A stretch of 64,000 bases of DNA from Myxococcota bacterium (GCA_040386535.1 JAZKFH010000013.1:96001-160000), one strand, 5' to 3'. Positions 1 through 10,073 are shown, numbered from the stretch's first letter. The notes: generated by a model from the sequence alone, not told the origin. Translations and numbers: made by a program.

Positions 1-1
1 C

Positions 2-1372
2 GCCGAGTCCGTGGCCCTCGTGAGCCCGGGCTCCATCGCCACGAACATCCAGGTACGCGAGCTGCGCGGCAAGCTGACCGAGATCCGGTTGAGCCGCCAA
101 TCCCAGCTCCTCGACAAGACGCCGAAGCACCCGGACATCCTCGACCTCGATCGCCAGATCGCCAGCGTCGAGGCCGAGATCACGCTGGCGCTACGCGAGC
201 AGCACGAGCTCGACCCGGCGGTCGAGGGGCTCCAGGTACAGTACGCGGGCCTGCTCATGCGCCGCGGCGAGCTCGTGTCCGCGGTGCAGGCCACCGTGGC
301 CGAGGCCGGCACCTTCCCCGAGAAGGGCCGGAAGATCGCCGAGCTCCAGCTCACCGCCGACGCGACTCAGTCGATCTACAAGTCGCTCCTCGAGCAGCAG
401 TACCAGATCGCCGTGGCCGAGGCGATGACCGTGTCGGACATGAAGTCCGTCGAGCCGGCCAAGGCGCCCGATCGCGCCGCGGAGCCGAAGCTCCTCGTCT
501 ACCTGGTGCTCGGCGGCATCGTCGGCATCGGCATGGGGTTCGGCCTCGTCTTCCTGCTCGAGTACGTCGACGACAGCATCAAGTCGGGGGAGGACATCCG
601 GCTCGCCTGGCCGCTCCCGGTGCTCGGCCTCGTGCCGACCTACAAGCTCAAGGGCGCCACCCAGCTCATCCACGGCCTCCCGCCGACCGATCCGTTGTTC
701 GAGTCGTACCGCGCCATCCGCAACAGCATCGCGTTCGCGGGTGTCGACGCGCCGATCGACATCCTCACCGTCACGTCGAGCATCCCGGGGGAGGGCAAGA
801 GCACCTTCTGCACGAACCTCGCGATCTGCCTCGCGAACGACGGCAAGCGCGTGGTCATCGTGGACTGTGACCTGCGGCGCCCCACCCAGCACAAGAGCTT
901 CCCGACGCTCGGTAACGACCGCGGCGTGTCCTCGGTGCTCTCGCAGACCATGGTGCTCGCGGACGCCGTGCAGTCCACGCCCGTCGCCAACCTCTCCATC
1001 CTCACGTCCGGCCCGCTCCCGAACAACCCGGGGCGCCTCGTCGAGAGCCTGCGGCTCCGCCAGATGTTGCAGGAGCTCGCGCGCAACTTCGACATGGTGC
1101 TGGTGGACGCGCCGCCCATCCTCGCCGTGGGGGACGCCCTGAACCTCGGGCGCGCCTCGAAGGGCACCCTCATCGTCGTCGAGGCGGGCCGCACGACCCG
1201 CCGGATGTTGACCGACCTGCGCGGCCGCATCGAGGGCAGCGGGTTCGAGCCGATCGGCATCGTCCTGAACAAGGTCGACGCGCGAACCAGCGGGTATGGA
1301 AACTACCGGGCGTATACCCGCCTGTATGCCCAGCGTCCCCAGGACGTGGGCCCCAAGGCCAAGGGCGCATGA
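2..1372 (+). CDS. Polysaccharide co-polymerase / BY-kinase (Wzc/CapB-like), 5'-truncated by window edge
   Basis: Frame open from the window edge. Coiled coil, TM helix (LLVYLVLGGIVGIGMGFGLVFLL), Walker A PGEGKST, VDCDLRRP, VLVDAPP, C-terminal Tyr cluster GYGNYRAYTRLY. Confidence 0.9.
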   Translation, partial: AESVALVSPGSIATNIQVRELRGKLTEIRLSRQSQLLDKTPKHPDILDLDRQIASVEAEITLALREQHELDPAVEGLQVQYAGLLMRRGELVSAVQATVAEAGTFPEKGRKIAELQLTADATQSIYKSLLEQQYQIAVAEAMTVSDMKSVEPAKAPDRAAEPKLLVYLVLGGIVGIGMGFGLVFLLEYVDDSIKSGEDIRLAWPLPVLGLVPTYKLKGATQLIHGLPPTDPLFESYRAIRNSIAFAGVDAPIDILTVTSSIPGEGKSTFCTNLAICLANDGKRVVIVDCDLRRPTQHKSFPTLGNDRGVSSVLSQTMVLADAVQSTPVANLSILTSGPLPNNPGRLVESLRLRQMLQELARNFDMVLVDAPPILAVGDALNLGRASKGTLIVVEAGRTTRRMLTDLRGRIEGSGFEPIGIVLNKVDARTSGYGNYRAYTRLYAQRPQDVGPKAKGA

Positions 1373-1902
1373 TGCTCCTCTCTCTCCTGGTCGCGTGTGG
1401 TGCCGGCCCCGACGAGATCGCGACAGCGATCAAGTCGGAGAACCCGGTGATGCGCGAAGACGGCGCGAAGATCGCCCAGAACTTTGACGATACCGTGGTG
1501 ATCGAGGCCCTGGTCTCCGTCCTCGCCGACCCCTCCGAGCAGGTCCGGCTCAACGCCGTCGAGTCCCTCGCAGAGCTCGAGGCGACCACGGCGGCGCCCG
1601 CGCTCGTCGAGCGGCTGGAGAAGGACGAGAGCCCGAAGGTCAAGCGCGCTGCGGCGGACGCGATCGGCCGGCTCGTCGCGAAAGAGGGCGTGCCCGCGCT
1701 CCTCGCCTACCTCGCCACGTTCCCCTCGAACGACCGCGAGCAGCTCGCCGCGATCTGGGCCATCGGCCACATCGGGGACGAGGGCGGACTCGAGCCCGAC
1801 GTCAAGAAGAGCGCCCTGCTCGCGCTCGTGCAGATTCGCGACACGACGACCGATCCCTACGTCCGCTACAACACCAACGCGGCGTTGCGGACCCTCAAGT
1901 AG
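1369..1902 (+). CDS. HEAT-repeat lipoprotein
   Basis: ATGA overlap with the upstream stop; lipobox LVAC; HEAT-like repeats (DPSEQVRLNAVESL, DESPKVKRAAADAIG). Confidence 0.75.
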   Translation: MMLLSLLVACGAGPDEIATAIKSENPVMREDGAKIAQNFDDTVVIEALVSVLADPSEQVRLNAVESLAELEATTAAPALVERLEKDESPKVKRAAADAIGRLVAKEGVPALLAYLATFPSNDREQLAAIWAIGHIGDEGGLEPDVKKSALLALVQIRDTTTDPYVRYNTNAALRTLK

Positions 1903-1905
1903 CCG

Positions 1906-2967
1906 TCACGGCTCCCAGCGAGTGAGCGTGTTCGGGGCGCGCTCCGGCACCCACGGGAGCACCGGGCCGCCGAGGCCGCGGTCGCCGAGGGGAGGGGAGA
2001 CCGGGGCAGGCACGTCCGTGCGGTTCTCGCAGCGGAGCGTGACCATCCAGCGCTCGTCGGGCTCCTCGAGAGACACGATCCGCTCGAAGCGCAGGTTCCA
2101 GCTGCCCCGCCAGGGGAGGAGCCACATGACGCCACCGGAGAGCCGGCCTGGGTCCGGGGCCTTCTCGACGCTGCGGGCGCTCCCGATGAGGTACAGCCGC
2201 GGCCGGATCTGTTCGCGCCCGGACACGACCCACGCGAGGTTCTCGGGGGCCACCTCGACGCGCACCGAGGACAGGCCGATCTCGGTGAGGTTCATCCACG
2301 CGGTGTACCGGATCAACGCGGCTTCGGGCGGAGCATCCACGTCGCGGAGCTCCCAGTCGACGCCCACACCGAGGGAAGGAACGGGGGCCTTCTTCACCAC
2401 GCGGAGGGGGCCGACCTCCTCCTCCGCGCGCTCCACGGCGCGCCGCGCGGGCCCGCCGCTCCGGTGGGTCACCGCCACCTCGTCGCGATTGCGGCGTCGC
2501 ACGTCGAACGAGGGAGACAGGACGGTGTCCGCGACGAGGTACACGCCGTACAGGACGGGGGCGCGCTCCAGGGCCTCGTCGAACAGCTTCTCCCCGGCGA
2601 GGAGCGAGCCCGCGACCGCGGTGTCGCGCCACGCGGTGGGGGAGAGCGCGTCGAGGGGGAGCCCGCGACCCGTCGCGTCGAGCAGCCGCCAGTGGACGTC
2701 GGCCTGGGCAACCACGGGCCCGAACGCCGCGCTTGCCCGGGTGCCTCCCATGGTGTCCTCCACGATCTGCTGGTAGCGCCGCCCGTAGTGGAAACCGACG
2801 CGGTGCAGCCCGTTCCCCACGGGGACCGCCTCCCAACGTGGCGCGGGCTGGGTGTCAGGGGGCTGGAGGTCCGCGGGCAGAGGCACCGCCCAGGCGAGCT
2901 CCGCGGGAAGCGGGCCGTGCAGCACGGGTGCGGCGGCGAGCGCACCCGTGAGGAGCGGCACGAGCAT
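1906..2967 (-). CDS. Hypothetical secreted protein
   Basis: Start re-assigned to ATG at 2967 (MLVPLLTGALAAAP, signal-like); fills the gap and is divergent from the Wzi-like gene. Confidence 0.6.
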   Translation of the reverse strand: MLVPLLTGALAAAPVLHGPLPAELAWAVPLPADLQPPDTQPAPRWEAVPVGNGLHRVGFHYGRRYQQIVEDTMGGTRASAAFGPVVAQADVHWRLLDATGRGLPLDALSPTAWRDTAVAGSLLAGEKLFDEALERAPVLYGVYLVADTVLSPSFDVRRRNRDEVAVTHRSGGPARRAVERAEEEVGPLRVVKKAPVPSLGVGVDWELRDVDAPPEAALIRYTAWMNLTEIGLSSVRVEVAPENLAWVVSGREQIRPRLYLIGSARSVEKAPDPGRLSGGVMWLLPWRGSWNLRFERIVSLEEPDERWMVTLRCENRTDVPAPVSPPLGDRGLGGPVLPWVPERAPNTLTRWEP

Positions 2968-2989
2968 CGTCACCACGCTACCATGCGCC

Positions 2990-4468
2990 ATGTTCGGGCT
3001 GTTGGTGCTCCCGGCGGCGGCGGAGCCGTGGTTGGATCCGGTCGCCACCGCGGCGAGCGAGTGCGTGCGTGCCCACGCCGTGGACACGTTCCTGGGGGAC
3101 GGCCGCCGCGCGCCGATCGACCTCGCCCGCAAGCTCGACGCGGACTGCGCCGAACCTCTCGCCGTCGATCTGCGCCCCGAGCAGGACGTGGACGGGTGGC
3201 GCCCCACCTGGGCCGTCCGCCCGTGGCTGCGCGTGAGCGGCGGGGACGCCGTGGCCGACAACCTCCGCGGGGACATCGAGCCCGGGCTGGTCACCGGGAC
3301 GCTGGGCGCCGCGGGATCGTTCTACGCCGGCCCGTTCACCGTGCTCGTCGAGCCCGAGGTGCAGGGCGGCGTGGTCCCGGGGCTGACCGGGGATGCCCGC
3401 TTCGCGACGTTGTGGGGCGGCGTGGCGTGGCGGGGGCTCTCCCTCGGCTTCGGGCTGCGCGACCGTTGGCTCGGCCCCGGGCGCCACGGCGCGCTGCTGC
3501 TGTCCGACAATGCGCGTCCCCCGTGGCTCGCCACCGGCGTGGTCGAGGGGCGCCTCCCCGCGTGGTTCGATCGGCTCGGGCGCTTCCGCGTCGAGGCGGG
3601 GGCCGGTTGGCTCGCCGAGCCGCGGGACGACGTGACGCGACCCGGCCTGCTCCTCATGGATCTGCGGTGGTTGCCGGTGCCCTGGATCGAGCTCGGCGCC
3701 ACGCGCCTCTCCCTCTTCGGCGGCGTCGATCGCCCCGCGGTGAACGTGGGGCAGCTGCTCGTCCCCACCGAGCCCCACATCTACGAGGATCCCGACCAGG
3801 AGCTGCCCGATCAGAACGAGCTCGCGGCGCTGGACGCGCGTGTGACCCTCCCGCTTGGCGCGTGGACCCAGCTCCCCGTGGACTACGTGGAGGCGTGGTG
3901 GCAGTACGGCGGCGAGGACGTGATCGGGCGCAAGCTCGGCCCGATCCCGTACCCGTCGCTCGCCGGTGTCGGCAATCTCTACGGCGGCGCGGTGAAGATC
4001 GCGCCCATCGTCGTGACGGCTGAGTACACGCGGCTGCTGGACGACTACTTCCGCTGGTACGTCGCGCACCGCGTGTATCACGACGGTTTCACCCAGGACG
4101 ACCGTGTGATGGGGCACTTCGGCGGGCCGGACAGCGAGACGGTGTACGGCGCCGTTGCCTGGGAGGGGGACGGCGATGCCCCCGGGCGCCTCCGCGGCTG
4201 GGTCGACTGGACGCGGCGGGTCGGCGTGGTGGAGGCCCTCAACGACAAGCTGTTCACGCTCATGACCGAGGAGCACCGGCTCCGCGCGGGCCTCGACGGC
4301 ATGTGGCGGCTGCCCGAGGGTGGCTGGATCAGCGCCGGGTACAGCTACGAGCACGTCACCGGCGTGGATTTTGTGCCCGAGACCGTCGAGGATCGGCACC
4401 GCGTCTACGTCGGCGTCTCTCCTGCCCGTGTCTTCGGCTCGGGTAGCGGCCGCGGAACGGCCCGGTGA
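2990..4468 (+). CDS. Capsule assembly Wzi-family outer-membrane protein
   Basis: Start at ATG 2990 (MFGLLVLPAAAEP); RWLGPGRHGALLLSDNARP matches the Wzi WxGPG...L.LS.NA motif; beta-strand rich; EPS context. Confidence 0.8.
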   Translation: MFGLLVLPAAAEPWLDPVATAASECVRAHAVDTFLGDGRRAPIDLARKLDADCAEPLAVDLRPEQDVDGWRPTWAVRPWLRVSGGDAVADNLRGDIEPGLVTGTLGAAGSFYAGPFTVLVEPEVQGGVVPGLTGDARFATLWGGVAWRGLSLGFGLRDRWLGPGRHGALLLSDNARPPWLATGVVEGRLPAWFDRLGRFRVEAGAGWLAEPRDDVTRPGLLLMDLRWLPVPWIELGATRLSLFGGVDRPAVNVGQLLVPTEPHIYEDPDQELPDQNELAALDARVTLPLGAWTQLPVDYVEAWWQYGGEDVIGRKLGPIPYPSLAGVGNLYGGAVKIAPIVVTAEYTRLLDDYFRWYVAHRVYHDGFTQDDRVMGHFGGPDSETVYGAVAWEGDGDAPGRLRGWVDWTRRVGVVEALNDKLFTLMTEEHRLRAGLDGMWRLPEGGWISAGYSYEHVTGVDFVPETVEDRHRVYVGVSPARVFGSGSGRGTAR

Positions 4469-6438
4469 CCTCCCGGCGGCCCGCGCACGAACCCGAGCCC
4501 CCGCCGCTCCCGCGCCCGCTGGCCTACCTCTGGTACGGGATGGCGGGTGGGCTCTGCGGGGGCGCGGCGATCGGCGTTCTCGAGGCCCTGGTCGTGCTCT
4601 CGGTCACGCGCCCCACCGAGTACCGGGCCCTGGTCTACGCCTGGGTGGTGTACGGCGTGTTCGGCGCCGTGGCCGGGGCCGGGGTCGGCGGGGTGCTCGT
4701 GCCGTTCGGGCGGCTCGTGGGCATGGTGGCGGCGCGGGCGTGGTGCCTCGGCTTCTTCGCCGTCGCGGCGGGGCTCGGCGCCGTCGTCCTCCAGCGCACG
4801 CTCACCGCGCGGCTCGATCCCGGTGTCGGCGCCGCGGTGCTCGGCGTGCTGGCCCTCGTAGCCGTTGTCGGCGTGTGGTTCGGCGGCCACCTGCTCACCA
4901 AGACGCCGCTGCGGATCCTCACGCGCCCCCGCGGCACCGCGGGCTTCTGGGGGGCCGGCCTCGGCGTGGCGACGCTGCTGTCGCTCTCGCCCGCGCCCGG
5001 CGGCGCGGGGAACATCGCGCCCCGCCGCGCCCAGCCCGCCACGTTCGCCGAGAAGCCGGACGTGCTCCTGATCGTCGTCGAGGGGCTCCGCGCGGACGCT
5101 CTCCCCACGATGCCGGCGCTCGCGGCCTTCGCGTTGGACGCGGTGGTGTTCGATCAGCACGTCGCGGCCTCGTCGTGGGCCCGCGCGTCCGTGGCCTCGC
5201 TGCTGAGCGCGCGCGCTCCCTCGCGCCACGGCGCGGCGGCCCGCGACGGCGTGCTCGCGGACCCCGTCGTCACCGTCGCCGAGCTCCTCCGGGACGCCGG
5301 CTACGCCACGGGCGGTCTCCCCAACAGCCCCGACCTGTCCGCCACCTGGGGCTTCGACCAGGGCTTCGACTGGTATCCGTACGACCCCGACTACCCGCTC
5401 GGCGCCTCGGCGAGCGTGCACATGCTCGCGCTCTACGGGACGGCGTCCGGCCTGTTCGCCCGGTTCGATCCCACCGAGCGGCGCCACCATCACTACCGGC
5501 CCGCCGACGAACAGTTTGCCCGCGCGCACACCTTCCTCGACGCGAACCGCGCCGGAGGCGCCGCGGGCGGCGATCGCGCCTTCCTCTTCGTGCACCTCCG
5601 GGAACCGCAGGCCCCGTGGTTCCCCGAACCCGCCGACGGCACCGCCTACACCCGCGAGGCACACCCCACGCCGCTCCCGGATGAGGCGCCGGCCCTCCGC
5701 GCGCGGTACGCCGTCGGGGTCGCGCGTGTCGACGCCGCGCTCGGGCGGTTCTTCGGCGAGCTCTCGGCGGCGGGCCGCTACGACGATCTCCTCATCGTCG
5801 TGACCGCCAGCCACGGTCTCGAGCTCGGCGACCACGGCGGCACCTGGGACGGCACCACGCTCTACGACGAGCTCGTGCACGTGCCGCTGCTGGTCAAGCT
5901 GCCGAGGAAGGTGCGTGCGGGCACGCGCGTGCCGTGGCAGGTGCGCCAGGTCGACATCGCCCCCACGATCGCGGATCTCACCGGGTTTGCTCCCGATCCC
6001 GCGTGGGAGGGCACCTCCCTTTTCGACGACCCGTTCGACGACCACCTCGCCCTGCTCCTGCCCTCCGAGACGGAGGCCGACGACGAGCCCCACGCGGAGT
6101 CCGACGGGGACGCGCCGGCGCCGTTCGTGCCCCCCACGTGGGCCACCCACCCGGGCAGTCGTGATGCGCTCGTAGAGCTCGACCTGGACGGTGCGTCGCT
6201 CCGCGCCGTGCGGGGCGTCGGGCGCAAGCTGGTCCAGGTGCTGCGCGCCGCGCCGAACCAGCGCCGGCTTCCGTCGCTCGCTTGTTTCGATCTGCTCGTG
6301 GATCCCGGCGAGATCCGCGACCTCACTCGCGACGAGCCTGCCTGCGCAGGCGTGCTCGCGGAGCGGCTCCAGCGCGTCGGAGAGGCGCCGCGTTTCCCGC
6401 CTGGGGCCGCGCCCTCACAAGATCCTGACAATCGATGA
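4465..6438 (+). CDS. Membrane-anchored sulfatase/alkaline-phosphatase-superfamily protein (degenerate active site)
   Basis: About five N-terminal TM helices, then KPDVLLIVVEGLRAD, GFDQGFD, FLFVHLREP, TASHG, LYDELVHVPLLVK, DIAPTI. Confidence 0.8.
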   Translation: MTSRRPAHEPEPPPLPRPLAYLWYGMAGGLCGGAAIGVLEALVVLSVTRPTEYRALVYAWVVYGVFGAVAGAGVGGVLVPFGRLVGMVAARAWCLGFFAVAAGLGAVVLQRTLTARLDPGVGAAVLGVLALVAVVGVWFGGHLLTKTPLRILTRPRGTAGFWGAGLGVATLLSLSPAPGGAGNIAPRRAQPATFAEKPDVLLIVVEGLRADALPTMPALAAFALDAVVFDQHVAASSWARASVASLLSARAPSRHGAAARDGVLADPVVTVAELLRDAGYATGGLPNSPDLSATWGFDQGFDWYPYDPDYPLGASASVHMLALYGTASGLFARFDPTERRHHHYRPADEQFARAHTFLDANRAGGAAGGDRAFLFVHLREPQAPWFPEPADGTAYTREAHPTPLPDEAPALRARYAVGVARVDAALGRFFGELSAAGRYDDLLIVVTASHGLELGDHGGTWDGTTLYDELVHVPLLVKLPRKVRAGTRVPWQVRQVDIAPTIADLTGFAPDPAWEGTSLFDDPFDDHLALLLPSETEADDEPHAESDGDAPAPFVPPTWATHPGSRDALVELDLDGASLRAVRGVGRKLVQVLRAAPNQRRLPSLACFDLLVDPGEIRDLTRDEPACAGVLAERLQRVGEAPRFPPGAAPSQDPDNR

Positions 6439-6488
6439 TCCATCGTCGTGGAGGTAGGGCTATAGTGCCTCAGCTCGCGGAGTCCCCC

Positions 6489-7547
6489 ATGCGGTTCATT
6501 CTCCTTTCGCTTGGTCTCGTCGGCTGCGACAACGACCTGGTCCTCAACGTCAAGAACGAGGATCCCGTCGTCATCGACGACGGCTCCATCAAGGGCCGCG
6601 TTTGTGACCCCTCCGGCCTCACCTGGCTGGCCGACGCGCAGGCGTACCTGAACGTCGTCGACGACGCGGGCGTCATCGTCGACACCCGGATCGCCTACAC
6701 CGACACCGATGGCTTCTGGGAGATCAGCGATCTCCCCGGCGATCGCGACTACACGTACTACGTGCAGTACGGCCCCGAGGTCCTCGAGGAGGACACGGTG
6801 TGGATCGGCTCGGGTGACGACTACAAGATCCCCGAGCCCGACTGCTTCGATCCGCTCACGCTCGACGTGGCGGTGGTCACGGGTGACTTCGACGACTTCA
6901 ACCTCGTCTTGAACGAGATGGGCTTCGCCAACTACGTCCTCATCACGGGTACGGACGAGTCCGACATCACGGACTTCCTCGACGATCCGGCCGAGCTCGC
7001 CAAGTACGACATCATCTTCTTCAACGGCGGGTTCGTGGAAGAGGGCGTCATCCACGACGTGGAAGACGACAGCAACACTGGCCCGACGCAGCGCATGGCG
7101 AACATCGTCAACTACGTGGAGTCGGGCGGCAGCATCTACGCGTCCGACTGGGCGTACGACGTGGTCGAGATCGGCTGGCCCGACGCCGCCGACTTCGCGG
7201 GCGCCGACGAGATCCCGGACGACGCCCAGATGGGCGACTACGAGAACGTCTCGGCCGCCATCAGCGACAACTCGCTCGCCGAGTTCCTCGGCAGCACCTA
7301 CCTCGACGTCACCTACGACCTCCCCGTGTGGCCGCCCGTGATCAACGTGGCCGACTCGGTGTCCGTGCACGTCCGCGGTGACGTGCCCTACTCCGACGGG
7401 CTGTCCAACTACAGCTTGAGCGCCTCCCCGCTGCTCTACAGCTTCAACGCGGGCGACGGCAAGGTCGTGTTCAGCACGTTCCGCGTCGCGCGCAACGCGA
7501 ACGACGACGTGGTCGACACGCTCCAGTACATGATGTACCGCCTCTAA
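6489..7547 (+). CDS. Acidic lipoprotein of unknown function
   Basis: GGAG before ATG 6489; MRFILLSLGLVGC lipobox; VESGGSIYASDW resembles a glutamine-amidotransferase-like fold segment; strong GC3 bias. Confidence 0.7.
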   Translation: MRFILLSLGLVGCDNDLVLNVKNEDPVVIDDGSIKGRVCDPSGLTWLADAQAYLNVVDDAGVIVDTRIAYTDTDGFWEISDLPGDRDYTYYVQYGPEVLEEDTVWIGSGDDYKIPEPDCFDPLTLDVAVVTGDFDDFNLVLNEMGFANYVLITGTDESDITDFLDDPAELAKYDIIFFNGGFVEEGVIHDVEDDSNTGPTQRMANIVNYVESGGSIYASDWAYDVVEIGWPDAADFAGADEIPDDAQMGDYENVSAAISDNSLAEFLGSTYLDVTYDLPVWPPVINVADSVSVHVRGDVPYSDGLSNYSLSASPLLYSFNAGDGKVVFSTFRVARNANDDVVDTLQYMMYRL

Positions 7548-7557
7548 GCTGCGCGAA

Positions 7558-8583
7558 TCAGAGGTGGCGCCGCTCGCGCCACCACCCCGCGAACGCCCCT
7601 AGCCCCACGGCCAGGGGCGTTTCCGGTTGATAGCCGGTGACCGCGAGCAGCTCCGACACGTCGGCGAAGGTCTCCACGACATCGCCCGGTTGGAGCGGCA
7701 GGAGCTCCAGGATCGCCGTGCGCTCGAACAGCGCTTCGAGGGTGCGGACGATGTCGAGCAGCTCGACCGGCGCGCCCCGCCCGACGTTGACGACACGGAA
7801 GGGCGCGGCCGACTGGTGCGGGCCGCCGTACGCGCCCCCGGCCACGGGCGGGCGTGGAAGCAGGCGCACGACGGCCTCGACCACGTCGCCCACGTAGGTG
7901 AGATCGCGCCGCATGGCGCCGTGGTTGTAGAGCGGGATGGGCCGGCCTGCGAGCAGCGCCTCCGTGAAGGTCCACACCGCCATGTCGGGGCGGCTCCACG
8001 GGCCGTACACCGTGAAGAAGCGCATGCCGGTCGACGGGACGCCGAAGCGCTCGGCGTAGGCGTGGGCGTGCAGCTCGTTGGCGCGCTTGGTCGCGGCGTA
8101 CAGGCTCACCGGGTGGTCGACCGCGTGGGCCTCGGCGAAGGGCTGCGTCGTGTTGGCGCCGTACACGGAGCTGGACGAGGCGAAGAGCAGGTGCGCCACG
8201 GGGTGGTGGCGGCACGCCTCGGCCACGTTGGCAAAACCCACGAGGTTGCTGCGCACGTAGGCGTTGGGATCGACGAGCGAGTAGCGGACGCCGACCTGGG
8301 CCCCGAGGTGCACGACGGCGTCGGGACGGAACGCGGCGAACAGCGCGTCGATCGCGGCGGCGTCGGCCAGATCGGCGTGGACGAAGCGGAAGCGGGGGGA
8401 GGGGAGGAGCCCCGCGAGGCGGGCGCGCTTGAGGGCAGGGTCGTAGTACGGGTTCAGATCGTCGAGCCCGAGCACCTCGGCGCCGTCCGCGAGGAGGCGC
8501 GCGGCAACGTGGCTGCCGATGAAGCCGGCCACGCCGGTGACCAACACGCGCTGGGGTTCGTGGGCGATCGCGGGCTCGGTCAA
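7558..8583 (-). CDS. NAD-dependent epimerase (UDP-glucuronate 4-epimerase-like)
   Basis: VTGVAGFIG, LNPYYD, GVRYS, ASSSSVYG, YAATK, RFFTVYGPWSRPDMA, QPGDV. Confidence 0.92.
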   Translation of the reverse strand: MTEPAIAHEPQRVLVTGVAGFIGSHVAARLLADGAEVLGLDDLNPYYDPALKRARLAGLLPSPRFRFVHADLADAAAIDALFAAFRPDAVVHLGAQVGVRYSLVDPNAYVRSNLVGFANVAEACRHHPVAHLLFASSSSVYGANTTQPFAEAHAVDHPVSLYAATKRANELHAHAYAERFGVPSTGMRFFTVYGPWSRPDMAVWTFTEALLAGRPIPLYNHGAMRRDLTYVGDVVEAVVRLLPRPPVAGGAYGGPHQSAAPFRVVNVGRGAPVELLDIVRTLEALFERTAILELLPLQPGDVVETFADVSELLAVTGYQPETPLAVGLGAFAGWWRERRHL

Positions 8584-8601
8584 CGCCCCTCCGCCCGCCC
8601 C

Positions 8602-9396
8602 TTATCCGGCCGCCTCTCCCCCCACCGGACGCCCGATGAGGTAGGTCGCGTGCGCGGGCGCCGACCCGAGGCGGATGCGTCCGATCTCCCAGGTGTAGTC
8701 GGGCGTGTCGATGCCAGCGACGAGGGAGCGCAGCTCCTCCTCGTTGTAGACCCGCAGGGCGGACACCATCCCGTCCCACAACACGAACAGCGGCATCACC
8801 GGCACGAGCCACGTCCAGAGCACCCACTGCCACCGGAAGGGGCGCCAGAACGGCATCGTGAGCATGACGCCGATCGGCGCGGTGAGGAGCCCGACGAAGG
8901 TGAGCGGCTCGCGGCTCACGATCTCGAACACGCCGATGGGGCGGCGCGCGGCGGCGGCGTCGGCGAGGATGCGGCGCGCGGCGTCCGGGCGGAAGTGGTG
9001 GAAGGCGTTGAAGATCGTGCGGAAGCCGGTGAGCCTCGCGGGGACGGCGGTCGCGTCGACCGGCGCGGACTCGTAGGTGATCCGCCCGCCGGAGCCCCGG
9101 GCCGCGTGTTCGAACGCGGGCTTGTTCGGGTAGAAGTCGGTGAGGTGCGCGGTCACCGGGGTGCCGGCCTCCGCCAGCGCGTCGACCACGATCCGCACGG
9201 GGCCGCCGCCCCCGGAGCACAGGTCGACGATGGAGGTGCTGCCGCTCGCCTTCATCGCCTCCGCGAGCTTCGGCCCGAGCAGCTTCGCGTGGCCGCTCAC
9301 GCGCACGGCCATCTCCAGGTACGCGGTGCCGCCGTCCCGCAGGATGGCGGGGAACCAGGAGAGATCTTCGAGCTCGACCAGGTGGATCCGCTTCAT
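8602..9396 (-). CDS. Class I SAM-dependent methyltransferase-like protein
   Basis: GGAGG before ATG 9396 (MKRIHLVELED); IVDLCSGGGGP motif I; FNAFHHF; overlaps the tetR stop. Confidence 0.8.
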   Translation of the reverse strand: MKRIHLVELEDLSWFPAILRDGGTAYLEMAVRVSGHAKLLGPKLAEAMKASGSTSIVDLCSGGGGPVRIVVDALAEAGTPVTAHLTDFYPNKPAFEHAARGSGGRITYESAPVDATAVPARLTGFRTIFNAFHHFRPDAARRILADAAAARRPIGVFEIVSREPLTFVGLLTAPIGVMLTMPFWRPFRWQWVLWTWLVPVMPLFVLWDGMVSALRVYNEEELRSLVAGIDTPDYTWEIGRIRLGSAPAHATYLIGRPVGGEAAG

Positions 9397-9995
9397 GTGG
9401 CCTCCGAGATGGGCGGGGGTTCGATCCCGCCGAAGTGTGCGATGAGCGAGCCGACGACCGCGTCGAGCGGGTAGCCCTCGAGATCGAGCACGTAGTGCTG
9501 GAAGATTCCGTCCAGCGCGGCGAACAGGAGGGCGGCCTCGACCTCGGGGCCGGGCCGGCCGATGGCGGTGAGGAGCCCGCCGAACGCGGCGAGCAGCGTG
9601 GCGTTCCAGGCGCGCACGCCCTCCCCGAGGCCGGCGAGGATGCCGGGCTGGAAGCGGACCCCGTACGTGACACGCCAGAAGTCGGGGTTCTGTCGGACGA
9701 TATCCGCGCTCACGCGCAGGAGCTTCCCCAGCTGGGCGCGCGGATCGGTCAGCGCCGCGATGTGGGCGAACGGCGCCGCCACGCGGGCCTGGTTCTGCTC
9801 GAACAGGGCCTGGAGCAAGGCCTCCTTGCTCGGGAAGTAGTGGTACAGGAGGCCCGAGGCCACCTTTGCCTCGTCGGCGATACGGCGGATCGAGGTCGCC
9901 TCGTACCCCGACGTGGCGAACGCGCGCAGCGCCGCGTCGAGCAGGTGATCGCGCATGTCGCCGGGGGGGCGTGGGGTCTTGGCGCGTGGGGACAT
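9393..9995 (-). CDS. TetR/AcrR family transcriptional regulator
   Basis: HTH LLDAALRAFATSGYEATSIRRIADEAKVASGLLYHYFPSKEAL; start at 9995, alternatively the downstream Met. Confidence 0.92.
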   Translation of the reverse strand: MSPRAKTPRPPGDMRDHLLDAALRAFATSGYEATSIRRIADEAKVASGLLYHYFPSKEALLQALFEQNQARVAAPFAHIAALTDPRAQLGKLLRVSADIVRQNPDFWRVTYGVRFQPGILAGLGEGVRAWNATLLAAFGGLLTAIGRPGPEVEAALLFAALDGIFQHYVLDLEGYPLDAVVGSLIAHFGGIEPPPISEAT

Positions 9996-10006
9996 CGGGT
10001 TCGCCG

Positions 10007-10026
10007 TTGATTGAACGTTCAATCAA
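10007..10026. promoter_or_regulatory. Perfect 20-bp palindrome, likely TetR operator
   Basis: TTGATTGAACGTTCAATCAA is its own reverse complement, AT-rich in a GC-rich background, 11 nt upstream of the tetR start. Confidence 0.8.
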
Positions 10027-10073
10027 TAGCGCGACGCCCGTCCGGTGTCCAGATCGCGTCTCCGCGGCGCCTA

